Source: a virus
Taxonomy: Duplodnaviria; Caudoviricetes
IMG/VR virus record: IMGVR_UViG_3300025353_000010
Coordinates: 1-37,189 of that record
DNA length: 37,189 nt
Strand: one strand, 5' to 3'
Numbering within the stretch: the stretch's first letter is position 1; every line of letters starts with the position of its first letter. The notes beneath the pieces were generated by a model. The model ran no database searches, was not told where the DNA came from, and saw nothing but the letters and a program-made list of their open reading frames with translations. The translations under genes were made by a program, and so were the position numbers. Positions 1-8,128 of the stretch are shown in pieces.

Positions 1-2
1 CT

Positions 3-899
3 GCAGAATACGTTAAGCAATGGTGGGCAGCAGAACAGTGGACTCCTGATGGAATCATCGCAGGCTCTACGCTATGGGAAGAAGTTAATCGACCTGTGGA
101 GAAATCGTCAGCGCTTTATCCTTGGGCAGGAGTCAATGACCTTACCTACGGTATCCGTCCAGCAGAACTCATCACAGTCACAGCAGGCTCAGGACTAGGC
201 AAGTCTCAGTTCTTGCGTGAAATCCTGTGGCACTTGATTAAGACTACGGATTCTAACATTGGCTTAATGTTCATGGAAGAGTCAGTACGTAAGACTGCTC
301 GTGGCATTATGTCTTTACATCTAAACAAACCATTACATTTACCTGATACGCTAGTGAGCGATGAGGAATTAAAGAATGCTTTTGATACAACACTTGGCAC
401 TGATAGGCTTTTCCTTTGGGATAACTTTGGTAGTACTGATATCGACAACGTGGTCAATCGTATACGTTATTTCGCCAAAGCAGCAGACTGCAAGTACGTT
501 TTTCTTGACCATATTAGCATGGTTATATCCTCTCAGTCTAATGGTGATGAGCGTAAAGCTATCGATGAACTTATGACCAAGTTGCGTATGCTGGTGCAAG
601 AGACTGGCATTAGCTTAATTGCGGTATCGCATCTGAAGCGTCCTGAATCTAAAGGCGGACACGAAGAGGGAGCAGCTACCAGCCTGTCTCAACTCAGGGG
701 TTCAGGCTCAATAGCACAGCTTAGCGATATTGTTATTGGACTGGTCAGGAATGCTCAAGCACAAGACCCTATTGAGCGTAACACGACACGAGTTAGTATT
801 CTCAAGAATCGATTCAGTGGGTTAACCAGTCCCCATTGTGCTTCACTGCTATACAACAAAGACACTGGTCGTATGTTAGAGATGACGGAGGAGTTATGA
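3..899 (+). CDS. T7 gp4-like DNA primase-helicase, C-terminal helicase part (5'-truncated by window)
   Basis: Frame is open from base 3 (AEYVKQWWAAEQWTPDGII linker). Walker A TAGSGLGKS, Walker B VFLDHIS, VSHLKR, LRGSGSIAQLSD and LKNRFSG are SF4 helicase motifs. Confidence 0.96.
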   Translation, partial: AEYVKQWWAAEQWTPDGIIAGSTLWEEVNRPVEKSSALYPWAGVNDLTYGIRPAELITVTAGSGLGKSQFLREILWHLIKTTDSNIGLMFMEESVRKTARGIMSLHLNKPLHLPDTLVSDEELKNAFDTTLGTDRLFLWDNFGSTDIDNVVNRIRYFAKAADCKYVFLDHISMVISSQSNGDERKAIDELMTKLRMLVQETGISLIAVSHLKRPESKGGHEEGAATSLSQLRGSGSIAQLSDIVIGLVRNAQAQDPIERNTTRVSILKNRFSGLTSPHCASLLYNKDTGRMLEMTEEL

Positions 900-1093
900 A
901 GCTATATGAGTTAAAAAAAGGCGACTGGTTTAAAATTACTGATGAAGAATTAAAAGTACCTGTAGCACATGATGATGTAGACCTTAATGAAAAGTATTGG
1001 TTTGGACACATTGATGGAATGTATAGCTACTGCAAAGATAAAGATGGACAGTTATGTCACTTTGCAGCTTGGACAGAAGTGGAGAAAGTATGA
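896..1093 (+). CDS. small hypothetical protein (MKLYELKKGDWF...)
   Basis: ATGA overlap with the helicase stop and GGAGG RBS. Start moved from 836 to 896. Confidence 0.8.
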   Translation: MKLYELKKGDWFKITDEELKVPVAHDDVDLNEKYWFGHIDGMYSYCKDKDGQLCHFAAWTEVEKV

Positions 1094-1296
1094 ACGCAAA
1101 TGAATTAGCTGATAACTTAATGGCAATTTATGAAATGGATGGTGCTTCAATCAATGTTAAAGAAGCCGCCATTATGCTACGCCAGCAACAAGCTGAAATA
1201 GAGGCGTTGAAAGCTGATAAAGAACATTTAATAGAAAATTACGAAAATCTAATGGCTGATTTTAAAATAGAAACATATTGGAAAGATGGAAAATGA
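1090..1296 (+). CDS. small coiled-coil hypothetical protein with RQQQAEIEALK motif
   Basis: ATGA overlap at 1090 preceded by GGAG; MNANELAD... Confidence 0.8.
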   Translation: MNANELADNLMAIYEMDGASINVKEAAIMLRQQQAEIEALKADKEHLIENYENLMADFKIETYWKDGK

Positions 1297-1384
1297 TTGA
1301 TAAAAGCTGGGACGATGAAACCATACAACTATTTGATAAATTAGAGTCACAGATACGCCAGCAACAAGCTGAAATAGAGGCGTT
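1178..1384 (+). repeat. 31-bp perfect direct repeat x2 (TACGCCAGCAACAAGCTGAAATAGAGGCGTT)
   Basis: Identical copies at 1178-1208 and 1354-1384, inside two adjacent genes. Confidence 0.95.
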
Positions 1385-1511
1385 AAAAAAGTCATGCTTA
1401 GATGAAATATTTAAAACAACATACGCAGACCAAAACGCAAAAGTAATGGAGCAGTATTGGCAAGAAGCGCAAGCAGAAATAGCAATACTAAGAAAGGCAC
1501 AAGAGAAATGA
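1293..1511 (+). CDS. small hypothetical protein with RQQQAEIEALK and C-terminal AILRKAQEK
   Basis: ATGA overlap at 1293; ends in repeat copy 1. Confidence 0.8.
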   Translation: MIDKSWDDETIQLFDKLESQIRQQQAEIEALKKSCLDEIFKTTYADQNAKVMEQYWQEAQAEIAILRKAQEK

Positions 1512-1657
1512 ACGCAATTAAAGGTTTAATTTTGACTGTAATATTAGTTATTTGTGTGTATGGTTCTGCTGTTGTTGTAGGCGGTTGGGTAGGTTTTGCT
1601 TATGTTGCTTATGTAAATGTAACTACCGTTTTAATTGGAAAGGCACAAGAGAAATGA
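1508..1657 (+). CDS. small membrane protein (49 aa) ending KAQEK
   Basis: ATG supplied by repeat copy 1; long hydrophobic stretch LILTVILVICVYGSAVVVGGWVGFAYVAYV. Confidence 0.75.
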   Translation: MNAIKGLILTVILVICVYGSAVVVGGWVGFAYVAYVNVTTVLIGKAQEK

Positions 1658-1890
1658 AAAACAAACCTTATGGATGGGTAAAAAATGGTGAATATGTTTT
1701 ATACATTGAAAAGCCTGACAATGTTTTTAGTTATACACCTCTATATACACATCAAATAAAAGATTTAACAGAAGACGAAATAAAAGAATGTGCCGATAGT
1801 GTTTGCCATGCTTGGAAAAAGAATGGTGTTGGTGAACTTTATATGGAAGATTTTGCTAAAGCAATACTAAGAAAGGCACAAGAGAAATGA
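1654..1890 (+). CDS. small hypothetical protein (78 aa) with DLTEDEI and DFAKAILRKAQEK
   Basis: ATG supplied by repeat copy 2; MKNKPYGW... Confidence 0.8.
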   Translation: MKNKPYGWVKNGEYVLYIEKPDNVFSYTPLYTHQIKDLTEDEIKECADSVCHAWKKNGVGELYMEDFAKAILRKAQEK

Positions 1891-2057
1891 ACAAACCATG
1901 CTCTAAATGCGGTGAATACCACAATAATTGTTTTGAGTTAAAAGACCTAACAGATGAGGAAATACTGCAACTTTGGATGCAAAAAAATACGCTAGGTGGC
2001 GCACAAAACATTGTTGATTTTGCTAGAGCAATACTAAGAAAGGCACAAGAGAAATGA
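1887..2057 (+). CDS. small hypothetical protein (56 aa) with CxxC, DLTDEEI and DFARAILRKAQEK (not in ORF track)
   Basis: Manual translation MNKPCSKCGEYHNNCFELKDLTDEEILQLWMQKNTLGGAQNIVDFARAILRKAQEK; ATGA-coupled at both ends. Confidence 0.8.
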   Translation: MNKPCSKCGEYHNNCFELKDLTDEEILQLWMQKNTLGGAQNIVDFARAILRKAQEK

Positions 2058-2428
2058 TACCAGGGATGCGTAATGCGAACGCTTCTCATGTAGACTTTGG
2101 TTTCCTGCGTGGAATGATTCCTAGTAATCCTTTTTTTATGCCCAGCAACATCGACATGATTATTGAGCGTAAGGGTAAGTTTATCTTTGGTGAATGGAAG
2201 CGTAAAGGCGAGCAGATGAAGTTAGGACAAAAGATTCTATTGATGTCCCTAGCTAAATACCATACTGTTCTTTTGATTACAGGCTATTCAGAGGGAGATA
2301 ATATGGATGTGTCTAAGGTTCAGGTTGTTACCTGTAATGGTAAGCTCAATATGATTGGCGAGAACAAAGAAGCATTGATTCAATACTTGCAAGATTGGTA
2401 TGATGGAGTTGAAAGGAACAAAGTATGA
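2054..2428 (+). CDS. hypothetical protein, possible PD-(D/E)XK nuclease fold
   Basis: NIDMIIERKGKFIFGEWK resembles D...ExK; start supplied by repeat copy 4. Confidence 0.6.
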   Translation: MIPGMRNANASHVDFGFLRGMIPSNPFFMPSNIDMIIERKGKFIFGEWKRKGEQMKLGQKILLMSLAKYHTVLLITGYSEGDNMDVSKVQVVTCNGKLNMIGENKEALIQYLQDWYDGVERNKV

Positions 2429-2610
2429 GAAGAGATGGCGGAAAAGGCGATAGAAAGCGTCCGTTAACAGTGCCTAAAGAGCAGTTTGAAAGTAACTGGG
2501 ATGCAATCTTTAATAAACCTTATGTACCCTTAAAAGATGAACAAGACCAAAAAGTAGTTTCAAAAGAAATTGCTGAGGAAATTGACAAAGCATTAGGAAT
2601 AAAAAGATGA
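2425..2610 (+). CDS. small phage hypothetical protein (GGKGDRKRP...NWDAIF)
   Basis: AAGGA RBS and ATGA overlap. Confidence 0.75.
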   Translation: MRRDGGKGDRKRPLTVPKEQFESNWDAIFNKPYVPLKDEQDQKVVSKEIAEEIDKALGIKR

Positions 2611-2783
2611 GGTTTTTTCAGATTGTCTTTACAATCCTTGGAATAATCTTTACAATAAATTTAGCAGAAGTTGGAGTGCAACAGTATTTAAAAGAGCCTG
2701 TGTATGCTTGTGAAGAAGTAACCAAGGCAGACCCAGTTAGTGTACAAAAGATATGTAACAGAAGATGGAGAAGAAGAGAATGA
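2607..2783 (+). CDS. small membrane-anchored protein (58 aa; not in ORF track)
   Basis: Manual translation MRFFQIVFTILGIIFTINLAEVGV...CEEV...ICNRRWRRRE; ATGA-coupled at both ends. Confidence 0.7.
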   Translation: MRFFQIVFTILGIIFTINLAEVGVQQYLKEPVYACEEVTKADPVSVQKICNRRWRRRE

Positions 2784-2923
2784 AGAAAGTTATTATACAA
2801 ACTATTTTGTGTCTAGTAACAACAATAGTTTATGCAGGTGATGGTGATACAACTACAATCGTTACTCCTGATGGCAGAGTAGTAACTTGTATTCAAACAG
2901 GAACATTAATCACATGCTTCTAA
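2780..2923 (+). CDS. small putative secreted protein (47 aa; not in ORF track)
   Basis: Manual translation MKKVIIQTILCLVTTIVYA-GDGDTTTIVTPDGRVVTCIQTGTLITCF; signal-peptide-like N-terminus and two Cys in the mature part. Confidence 0.7.
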   Translation: MKKVIIQTILCLVTTIVYAGDGDTTTIVTPDGRVVTCIQTGTLITCF

Positions 2924-4569
2924 AGACTTTAGTTCTCGACATAGAAACAAACTTAACACACGATACAATCTGGTGTGTGGTTACTTTATGGCGAGAGACT
3001 AAAGAAATTAAAGTATGGAAAACAAAAGAAGGTTTAAATGAATATCTTAGAGATGCAGATACCATTATCGGTCATAATCTTATTGCCTTTGATGCCCCTG
3101 TTCTTAATCGGGTTTGGAAAACTAAAATCGTGGCTTCCCAGTGCGCTGATACTCTCTTGCTTTCTAGGCTTAGTAATTCTGCTCGTGATGGCGGTCACTC
3201 ATTAGATGCTTGGGGAAAGACACTTGGCTTTGAGAAGATAGACTTCTCAGACTATGATGGTGGCTTGACCGAAGAGATGATTACTTACTGTATTCGTGAC
3301 GTAGAGCTTACATCTAAAGTATATGACATCTTGGTAGATGAGATTGTTAAAAATAAAATTAGTCCAGAGGCTGTTAAGCTAGAGTATGAAGTACAAGTAA
3401 TTCTTTCGGAGATGGAACGTAATGGATTCAAGCTTGATGCAGCTTATGCACAGACGTTGTTGTGTGAGATTAAGACCGAGATGGCGACGATTGAAGAGTC
3501 CCTGCAGGAAATATTTCCACCGATTACAACTGAACGTGTATCTGAGAAGACTGGTAAACGGCTCAAGGATGATGTTGAGACATTTAATGTTGGTTCACGA
3601 CAACAGATTGCCAAGAGGCTTATGTCTAAGGGTTGGAAACCGACGAAGACAACTGAAAAGGGACAAGTTATCGTTGATGAGACGGTACTTGCTGAGGTAT
3701 CACTTCCAGAAGCTAGACCTATAGCAAGGTATTTAACGCTACAAAAGAGAGCATCACAATTAGATTCATGGTTAGAAAAACTAGGAGAGGACGGAAGAGT
3801 TCATGGTAAAGTTATTGGTTTTGGTGCAGTTACTGGGCGTGCTACCCATTCTAGCCCTAACATGGCACAAGTCCCTGCAACTAGGGCGGTGTTGGGAAAA
3901 GAGTTTCGGTCTTGCTGGACGGTTGAAAGCGGAAACGTATTGGTGGGTGTCGACCTTAGTGGTATTGAGCTTAGATGCTTTGCTCATTACCTTAACGATG
4001 AGGCATATATAAATGAAACAGTCTACGGTGATGTCCACACTAGAAATCAGCAGGCATTCGGGGTTGAGTCGAGAGACCTTGCGAAGACTGTCCTTTATGC
4101 GACTTTGTACGGAGCATCCCCAGCCAAGATTGCTAAAGTTATTGGTGATACTCCGAAGCGTGGAGCCGAGATTATTAGCAATTTCAGTAAAGCAATCCCT
4201 GCGTATGCGAAGCTTAAAGCCAAAGTTGAAAGACTTGCTGAGAAGGGAACACTACCTGGCATTGGGGGTTATCAGCTTAAGGTCAGGTCGGCCCATTCGT
4301 CGCTCAATACGCTTCTTCAAAGTGCAGGGGCTATCATCTCTAAACAGTGGCTTGTTCAGCTCACAAAAAACCTCAGGGCCGAAAAGATTCCGTACAAGCT
4401 TGTTGCCTGGGTGCACGACGAAGTTCAACTCGAAACTCCTAGTCAATACGGAAATAGAGTAGGTGAAGTGGTCGTTCACTCTGCTGCAGAAGCAGGCGAG
4501 ATATTGAAGTTCCGTTGCCCAGTCGGGGCTGAATATGGTGTTGCAGAAAACTGGGCAGGTAGTCACTAA
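2914..4569 (+). CDS. polA: family A DNA polymerase with 3'-5' exonuclease (T7 gp5-like)
   Basis: ExoI LDIET, ExoII GHNLIAFD, ExoIII YCIRDV, TGRATHSSPNMAQVP, motif A DLSGIELR, motif B RDLAKTVLYATLYG and motif C VHDE. ATG at 2914 follows AGGA. Confidence 0.97.
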   Translation: MLLKTLVLDIETNLTHDTIWCVVTLWRETKEIKVWKTKEGLNEYLRDADTIIGHNLIAFDAPVLNRVWKTKIVASQCADTLLLSRLSNSARDGGHSLDAWGKTLGFEKIDFSDYDGGLTEEMITYCIRDVELTSKVYDILVDEIVKNKISPEAVKLEYEVQVILSEMERNGFKLDAAYAQTLLCEIKTEMATIEESLQEIFPPITTERVSEKTGKRLKDDVETFNVGSRQQIAKRLMSKGWKPTKTTEKGQVIVDETVLAEVSLPEARPIARYLTLQKRASQLDSWLEKLGEDGRVHGKVIGFGAVTGRATHSSPNMAQVPATRAVLGKEFRSCWTVESGNVLVGVDLSGIELRCFAHYLNDEAYINETVYGDVHTRNQQAFGVESRDLAKTVLYATLYGASPAKIAKVIGDTPKRGAEIISNFSKAIPAYAKLKAKVERLAEKGTLPGIGGYQLKVRSAHSSLNTLLQSAGAIISKQWLVQLTKNLRAEKIPYKLVAWVHDEVQLETPSQYGNRVGEVVVHSAAEAGEILKFRCPVGAEYGVAENWAGSH

Positions 4570-4572
4570 ATG

Positions 4573-4581
4573 TGTTATAAT
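4573..4581 (+). promoter_or_regulatory. sigma70-type extended -10 promoter (TGtTATAAT) upstream of SSB
   Basis: Perfect TGnTATAAT in the short polA-SSB gap, followed by AAGGAG RBS and ATG 4610. Confidence 0.7.
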
Positions 4582-4609
4582 AGTAGTTCAACTAAAAAGG
4601 AGTATTACA

Positions 4610-5017
4610 ATGAGTACAGGTAAATCAGTAACAGTTAATGCAGACCTCTTCTGGGCTTGCCTCAATGAACGCAATTCAATGAGCAGTAAGTTTCAAGTAG
4701 ACCTTTGCAACTTGTCAGAGAAAGATGTAGCAGCGTTAGAAGAGTTAGGCTTGAAGGTTAATAACAAACCTAATAAACCAGAACAAGGTAGTTACATCAC
4801 TGCTAAGAGCAATTACGAAATCAAAGCAGTAGATGGTAGTGGTAATGATGTGCCAGCAGATGTACGTATTGCCAACGGCAGTAAAGCTAGGGTAATCGTA
4901 AGTGCTTATCCTTTTCCTAAACCTTATCCAGGTTTCGGTGCAAGTATTAAGAAGTTGGTAGTGACAGACTTACAAGAGTACAGTCCTAAAGATGCGTTGA
5001 TGGACGACGTACTGTAA
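4610..5017 (+). CDS. single-stranded DNA-binding protein (gp2.5-like)
   Basis: Lies between polymerase and exonuclease; LFWA, IANGSKARV and acidic C-terminus; strong RBS. Confidence 0.75.
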   Translation: MSTGKSVTVNADLFWACLNERNSMSSKFQVDLCNLSEKDVAALEELGLKVNNKPNKPEQGSYITAKSNYEIKAVDGSGNDVPADVRIANGSKARVIVSAYPFPKPYPGFGASIKKLVVTDLQEYSPKDALMDDVL

Positions 5018-5703
5018 TGTCACATGTCTTAATCGATGGAGACATTATTGGGTATCGCATAGGCTTCTCTACCGAAGAGGAAAATGAGAAGATTGTTTTA
5101 TCTCGTGTGGCTACATTTGTTGAGACAATGCTCTGGGAGGACCTCGAAGCTGAGACCTACCAGGGCTACTTAACTGGCAAGGATAATTTTAGAAATGACA
5201 TCGCAGTTACTGCTCCATACAAAGGCAATCGCACAGCACCTAAGCCTAAGCATCTCCAACTTATACGAGATTATCTTACTTCAGCATGGGACTTCCAAGT
5301 CTCTGTCGGGGAAGAAGCAGATGATGCGATTGCAATAGAGCATACAGCTAGGAACTACAAAAGTATTATTGCAAGTATTGACAAAGACTTTTTACAGCTT
5401 CGTGGTAATCATTGGAACTTTGTCAAAAAAGAAATGACATTTGTAACAGACGAAGAAGCACTCCTTAACTTTTATAGACAGGTACTTACAGGTGACAGAG
5501 TTGATAACATCATTGGCCTCAAGGGTATCGGCCCTGTTAAGGCTGACAAAATCCTCAACGGATGTACAAGTGCAGCAGAAATGTATACTGCTTGTGTCGA
5601 AGCATACGGTGGCTCAACAGAACGAACGATTGAAAACTGCCGATTGTTATGGCTTAGAAGAGAAGCCAACCAGCTCTGGCAGCCTCCCACCGAAGGGTTA
5701 TAA
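5017..5703 (+). CDS. 5'-3' exonuclease (T7 gp6-like)
   Basis: LIDGD, YKGNR, EADD, SIDKD and GDRVDNIIGLKGIGP (H3TH) motifs. Confidence 0.95.
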   Translation: MSHVLIDGDIIGYRIGFSTEEENEKIVLSRVATFVETMLWEDLEAETYQGYLTGKDNFRNDIAVTAPYKGNRTAPKPKHLQLIRDYLTSAWDFQVSVGEEADDAIAIEHTARNYKSIIASIDKDFLQLRGNHWNFVKKEMTFVTDEEALLNFYRQVLTGDRVDNIIGLKGIGPVKADKILNGCTSAAEMYTACVEAYGGSTERTIENCRLLWLRREANQLWQPPTEGL

Positions 5704-6387
5704 ATGATTTTACTACTAAACAATCACGGTCATCCTGACGAAAGGTTCAACGAATATGTTCAACGAGCTTCTCAATTCTATGCTGAGCAGTTATTCCCTA
5801 AACAGCTCCTCAGACATCTTGTGGTATCTGTTAAGTTTAGTAAGCATTTGGATGCTTTTGGATACACTAGCGTCGAGAAAAGAAATAGCAAAGGTGCAGC
5901 AAGGGAATTCTTAATTGAACTCCATCCCTACATCACAGGTAAAGAAATTTTAAAAACACTTGCACACGAGTTTGTGCACGTCAAACAGTATGTATATGAG
6001 GAATTAGATGAACAGCAAACGCAATGGCAAGGTGAACCCTTCGACAGTGATGCAGTGGACTATTACGAATTGCCTTGGGAAATCGAAGCCCATGGAAAAG
6101 AAATTGGATTGTTTACGAATTTCGCTAAAAAAGAATCTCTTTGGAATGTCCTTGAAAATGTCTACAATCCTGACACCCCTGTCCAACCTGTTCCGCTAGG
6201 CTGGAAAGATGAAAACCAGTTCAGCAAAGCAAAAAGGCCGACTGTTGCAACAAACAGTAAGGGACTCGATACTGAAGAACTTTCCTCATCTGACGGAAAG
6301 GGACGTAAAGAGCACCAGCATGGGAGCACAGGGAGAAGACGTACAACTATCAGAAGCTGGTTTAAAAGCCTTCAGTTATGGAATTGA
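5704..6387 (+). CDS. putative zinc metallopeptidase (HExxH)
   Basis: LAHEFVHVKQY plus downstream PWEIEA third-ligand motif. Confidence 0.75.
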   Translation: MILLLNNHGHPDERFNEYVQRASQFYAEQLFPKQLLRHLVVSVKFSKHLDAFGYTSVEKRNSKGAAREFLIELHPYITGKEILKTLAHEFVHVKQYVYEELDEQQTQWQGEPFDSDAVDYYELPWEIEAHGKEIGLFTNFAKKESLWNVLENVYNPDTPVQPVPLGWKDENQFSKAKRPTVATNSKGLDTEELSSSDGKGRKEHQHGSTGRRRTTIRSWFKSLQLWN

Positions 6388-6550
6388 ATGTAAGAACCTT
6401 GCAAAAGTAGCAGTTTATAAGTTTTATGAGCAAGCAACAACCCATGGAGACGCAGAGCCTCTTGTGGTAATAAAACAGAACAGAAGTAAACCTTTAGCCA
6501 TCGTAGATTTAGAACACTTCGTAAACCTAGTGAGGAAAGCAAATGAGTAA
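6209..6550 (+). CDS. putative Holliday junction resolvase (PD-(D/E)XK)
   Basis: SAKQKGR, STSMGAQGEDV, IECKN and PLVVIKQNR; typical position in the replication module. Confidence 0.8.
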   Translation: MKTSSAKQKGRLLQQTVRDSILKNFPHLTERDVKSTSMGAQGEDVQLSEAGLKAFSYGIECKNLAKVAVYKFYEQATTHGDAEPLVVIKQNRSKPLAIVDLEHFVNLVRKANE

Positions 6551-6872
6551 AGATAGATTCGATTTAGAAAATGACATTATGAATGTCTGGGCTATTAAAG
6601 ACCATTTAGATAAAGTCATTTGGAGAATGATTGACCATCCAGAAGTAATGGCTGAAGACCAAGTATGGAATCATCTTGAAGCTGTTAAGTCTAGTATTGA
6701 TTTACACTGTGAGAAGTTGATGGATACTTTTTGTCAAGTGTTTGAACTCAACGAATATGCTAGTGATGAAATGAAAGCATTGAGAGCAAGGATGCTTGGT
6801 GATTTAGAAGCTAAAGCTGACAAAGAAGACTTACCACCTTTTCCTTTACCTAAAAAAGGTAAAAAGAAATGA
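6543..6872 (+). CDS. hypothetical protein
   Basis: GAGG RBS; coupled to both neighbours. Confidence 0.75.
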   Translation: MSKDRFDLENDIMNVWAIKDHLDKVIWRMIDHPEVMAEDQVWNHLEAVKSSIDLHCEKLMDTFCQVFELNEYASDEMKALRARMLGDLEAKADKEDLPPFPLPKKGKKK

Positions 6873-7606
6873 AAATTCTATTACTTGATATTGAGTCCTC
6901 ACCTAACGTAGCACACGTCTGGGGTCTTTGGCAACAGAACGTTGGAATCAATCAATTAATGGAATCTTCTTATGTACTTTGTTGGGCTGCTAAATGGCTC
7001 GGTGAAGATGAAATCATTTTTGATTCTGTCCATCAATCTAAACCTAAAAAGATGCTAAAGGGTATCTATGACTTACTCAACTCTGCAGACGCAGTCATTC
7101 ATTATAATGGTACTAAGTTTGACATTCCTACTCTTAACAAGGAATTCTTACTACATAATTATGCTCCACCATCGCCTTATAAACAGATTGACCTTCTACG
7201 TGTTGCTCGTAGCCAGTTCCGTTTTCCTAGCAACAAACTGGACTACGTTGCTCAGCGACTAGGTCTAGGAAAGAAACAAGAACACGAAGGACATGACCTC
7301 TGGGTCAAGTGCATGAATGGAGATAAAGATGCTTGGAAGCGTATGGAAACGTATAATATTCAAGATGTCGTTTTGCTTGAATCTCTGTATTGCCGTCTTC
7401 TTCCATGGATTAAATCTCATCCTAATCATAATCTTTTTGCCGATAGTGTTGTTTGCCCCACCTGTGCTGGGACTCGATTACAAAAGCGTGGTACTGCTGT
7501 CTCGTCTACTGGCCGTTATCAACGATATCAGTGCAGCGATTGCGGAAGCTGGTCTCAGGGTACAAAAGCAATCAAGCCTTCCGTTGAAATGAAAGGGCTA
7601 TCATAA
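6869..7606 (+). CDS. RNase H-like/DnaQ-type exonuclease with C-terminal zinc ribbon
   Basis: LDIE, HYNGTKFD and YNIQDV; CPTC...CSDC. Confidence 0.85.
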   Translation: MKILLLDIESSPNVAHVWGLWQQNVGINQLMESSYVLCWAAKWLGEDEIIFDSVHQSKPKKMLKGIYDLLNSADAVIHYNGTKFDIPTLNKEFLLHNYAPPSPYKQIDLLRVARSQFRFPSNKLDYVAQRLGLGKKQEHEGHDLWVKCMNGDKDAWKRMETYNIQDVVLLESLYCRLLPWIKSHPNHNLFADSVVCPTCAGTRLQKRGTAVSSTGRYQRYQCSDCGSWSQGTKAIKPSVEMKGLS

Positions 7607-7977
7607 TGCAAGAATGTTATATCCACAAAAAACTATTCCATGCTTTTTGTCCTGATTGTATGCTAGTAAAAACTGGAACAAGTTACGAAACTCTTTATGG
7701 AGCAGGCCCTACCGATTCTTACTATCCACCAGGTGAGTTTAAGTTAACTTCAAATGAACCTGACATGGTAAACTCTCCAAGTCATTATACTCAAGGCGAT
7801 ATTGAATGTATTGATGCTATTGCTGAAGTAGTTAAATATCTTGACGGTATGGAAGCAATGTGTACAGGTAATGCAATTAAATATCTATGGCGTTGGAAAC
7901 ACAAGAATGGTATTACTGACTTGCGTAAAGCACAATGGTACATTCAAAGGATGATTGATGAGTTTGACCCTAACTGA
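7606..7977 (+). CDS. DUF3310 / T7 gp1.7-like putative nucleotide kinase
   Basis: VNSPSHY, IECIDAI, GNAIKYLWR and DLRKAQWY motifs. Confidence 0.88.
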   Translation: MQECYIHKKLFHAFCPDCMLVKTGTSYETLYGAGPTDSYYPPGEFKLTSNEPDMVNSPSHYTQGDIECIDAIAEVVKYLDGMEAMCTGNAIKYLWRWKHKNGITDLRKAQWYIQRMIDEFDPN

Positions 7978-8128
7978 TATAATATATCGTTTAAAGCAAT
8001 TAGATGAAATGGATGTTGTAGATATCCTTGGTTTAACGACTGAGGATATTTGCGAAAGATTCTTAGAAGTAATAGAAGAAAAAGCAGATGTATTAGAACA
8101 ACTATTAAAGGACGATGATGACAACTAA
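7958..8128 (+). CDS. small acidic hypothetical protein (56 aa; not in ORF track)
   Basis: Manual translation MSLTLTDIIYRLKQLDEMDVVDILGLTTEDICERFLEVIEEKADVLEQLLKDDDDN; AAGGA RBS; fills the gap. Confidence 0.75.
   Translation: MSLTLTDIIYRLKQLDEMDVVDILGLTTEDICERFLEVIEEKADVLEQLLKDDDDN

Larger units (their letters stand above)
1482..2057 (+). repeat. dispersed direct repeat x4, core GCAATACTAAGAAAGGCACAAGAGAAATGA
   Basis: Copies at 1482-1511, 1638-1657 (3' 20 bp only), 1861-1890 and 2028-2057. The last two extend to 42 bp (1849-1890, 2016-2057) with one mismatch. Each ends in an ATGA start/stop overlap. Confidence 0.97.

Noticed and set aside
836-1890. Upstream starts in the ORF track (836, 1054, 1278, 1457, 1552)
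   Set aside because: ATGA-coupled starts at 896, 1090, 1293, 1508 and 1654 fit the operon without long overlaps.
1482-2057. CRISPR array (30-bp repeats)
   Set aside because: Intervening sequences are over 100 bp, irregular and protein-coding, the repeat is not palindromic, and there are no cas genes.
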